Assembly (NCBI GenBank): GCA_950097015.1
Contig: CATNEN010000001.1
Coordinates: 1,674,001-1,738,000 of the forward strand
Origin: Macrostomum hystrix
Taxonomy: Eukaryota; Animalia; Platyhelminthes
Direction of reading: 5' to 3'
Length of the DNA: 64,000 bases
Each line of letters begins with the position of its first letter. Position 1 is the stretch's first letter. Under the pieces are notes generated by a model. It saw only the letters and a list, made by a program, of their open reading frames with translations, searched no databases and was not told the origin of the DNA. This document shows positions 62,913 to 64,000 of the stretch, piece by piece. Made by a program: the position numbers and the translations under genes.

Positions 62913-63789
62913 GTAAGATTGCGAATGGTCTTTAAGTAATGCGGAATCATTAATCCATTAAAACAGCTAATCCCATGAGATAGTGCTATGTAAATACGTC
63001 CCAAATCTATTCCGAATTATTTAGCCAAATGGCTGAAATAGGATATATTTTCCCTATAGTAATTGAAGTTCTCTTTGATTTGGCTTACTGCAAATCAAAT
63101 TATCTAGTTAATCTAGTTTGGTTCTGCTTGAACTTTTTCTGTCTAGCTATTGTCAGTCATTCTTCTGCAGTCAGTCATTTCTTCTCCTGTCAAATAGATG
63201 GGTCCAAAGTTTGCCTAGGTCGAGCTTGTGCTTCAGTGAGTAAATTAAAGTTCAAAGTTCAACATTTTCCACCGTTTTAAACTACGGTATAAAAATACTT
63301 GGATACTTGTGTGATTTGTGTCTCGTCTTCTTTCAAGTCTCATTTTGGAATCTTGGATTGATATAGATCTAAGTACAGTTACAGACAATCAAGGTCATTT
63401 TAAAGCTAATTTCAGATTAATTTAATTAACGCACATTATCAGTCAATCGTTGTGAATGCTAATAGTACATCTTACCCGGGGAATTCCCCTAACGGACAGT
63501 TGCATTATTTAGCCTCTATGGTCACGCAGCATATTCGTGACACCGTGTCAAATTCAATTCGCTTGTCTGCCTTGTCGTTTATAGCGGGGCCTTGGTCAAT
63601 TATGTTTGGCCCATTGGCTTATTACTGTAAGATACGATAACGAACTGCATTATTCTATATGAGCGAGTCACTCTACTGCATACGCCCCACTAAAATAAAT
63701 ATATATCGTGGGTTAAACGTTTAAAATAGTGGCCTACAAGCAAGGGCCGGAATGAGGCTCTTTGTTAGTCTTAGTAGCTGCCAGGTTTT

Positions 63790-64000
63790 GAAGAATCAGG
63801 GGTTCTGGAAGGATCAGGGGTTCTGAAGGATCAGGGGTTCTGAATGGTCAGGGGTTCTGAATGGTCAGGGGTTCTGAAGGATCAGGGGTTCTGAAGGATC
63901 AGGGGTTCTGAAGGATCAGGGGTTCTGAAGGATCAGGGGTTCTGAAGGATCAGGTGTTCTGAAGGATCAGGGGCTCTGGAAGGATCAGGGGTTCTGAAGG
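63790..64000. repeat. 17 bp intronic minisatellite (gaaggatcaggggttct)
   Basis: In ChaC intron 1. Runs off the window. Confidence 0.92.

Noticed and set aside
1-64000. Spliced-leader RNA gene or snRNA within the window
   Set aside because: None recognised, so the trans-splicing model rests on gene structure alone.

Overview
Eukaryotic, intron-containing metazoan DNA with GC-rich exons and AT-rich spacers. About 33 different mini/microsatellite arrays cover roughly 30 kb of the 64 kb. Genes reconstructed by hand across GT-AG introns: ALG14 (+, 4 exons), RNMT cap N7-methyltransferase (+, 3 exons), a divergent Methuselah/adhesion-like 7TM receptor (-), two tandem TMEM17/80/216-family genes (-), FAM76 (+, 2 exons), MRPS30/mL65 (+, 4 exons) and the first exon of a ChaC gene (+). 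Mobile DNA includes three different tRNA-headed SINE-like elements, a MITE, a Merlin/IS1595-type transposase relic and a foldback-like structure. Two observations stand out. (1) RNMT and FAM76 have no usable ATG. Their reading frames open in phase 0 exactly at a splice acceptor, and ALG14 and MRPS30 also start in phase at an acceptor. This fits operon-like clusters resolved by spliced-leader trans-splicing in which the leader supplies the AUG, as known in flatworms; the organism is inferred, not shown. (2) Almost every long intron and spacer carries its own private minisatellite. About half of these unrelated units share a TGGGA/TCCCA core, and one copies the neighbouring coding exon. All homology calls are from motif recognition, not database searches.
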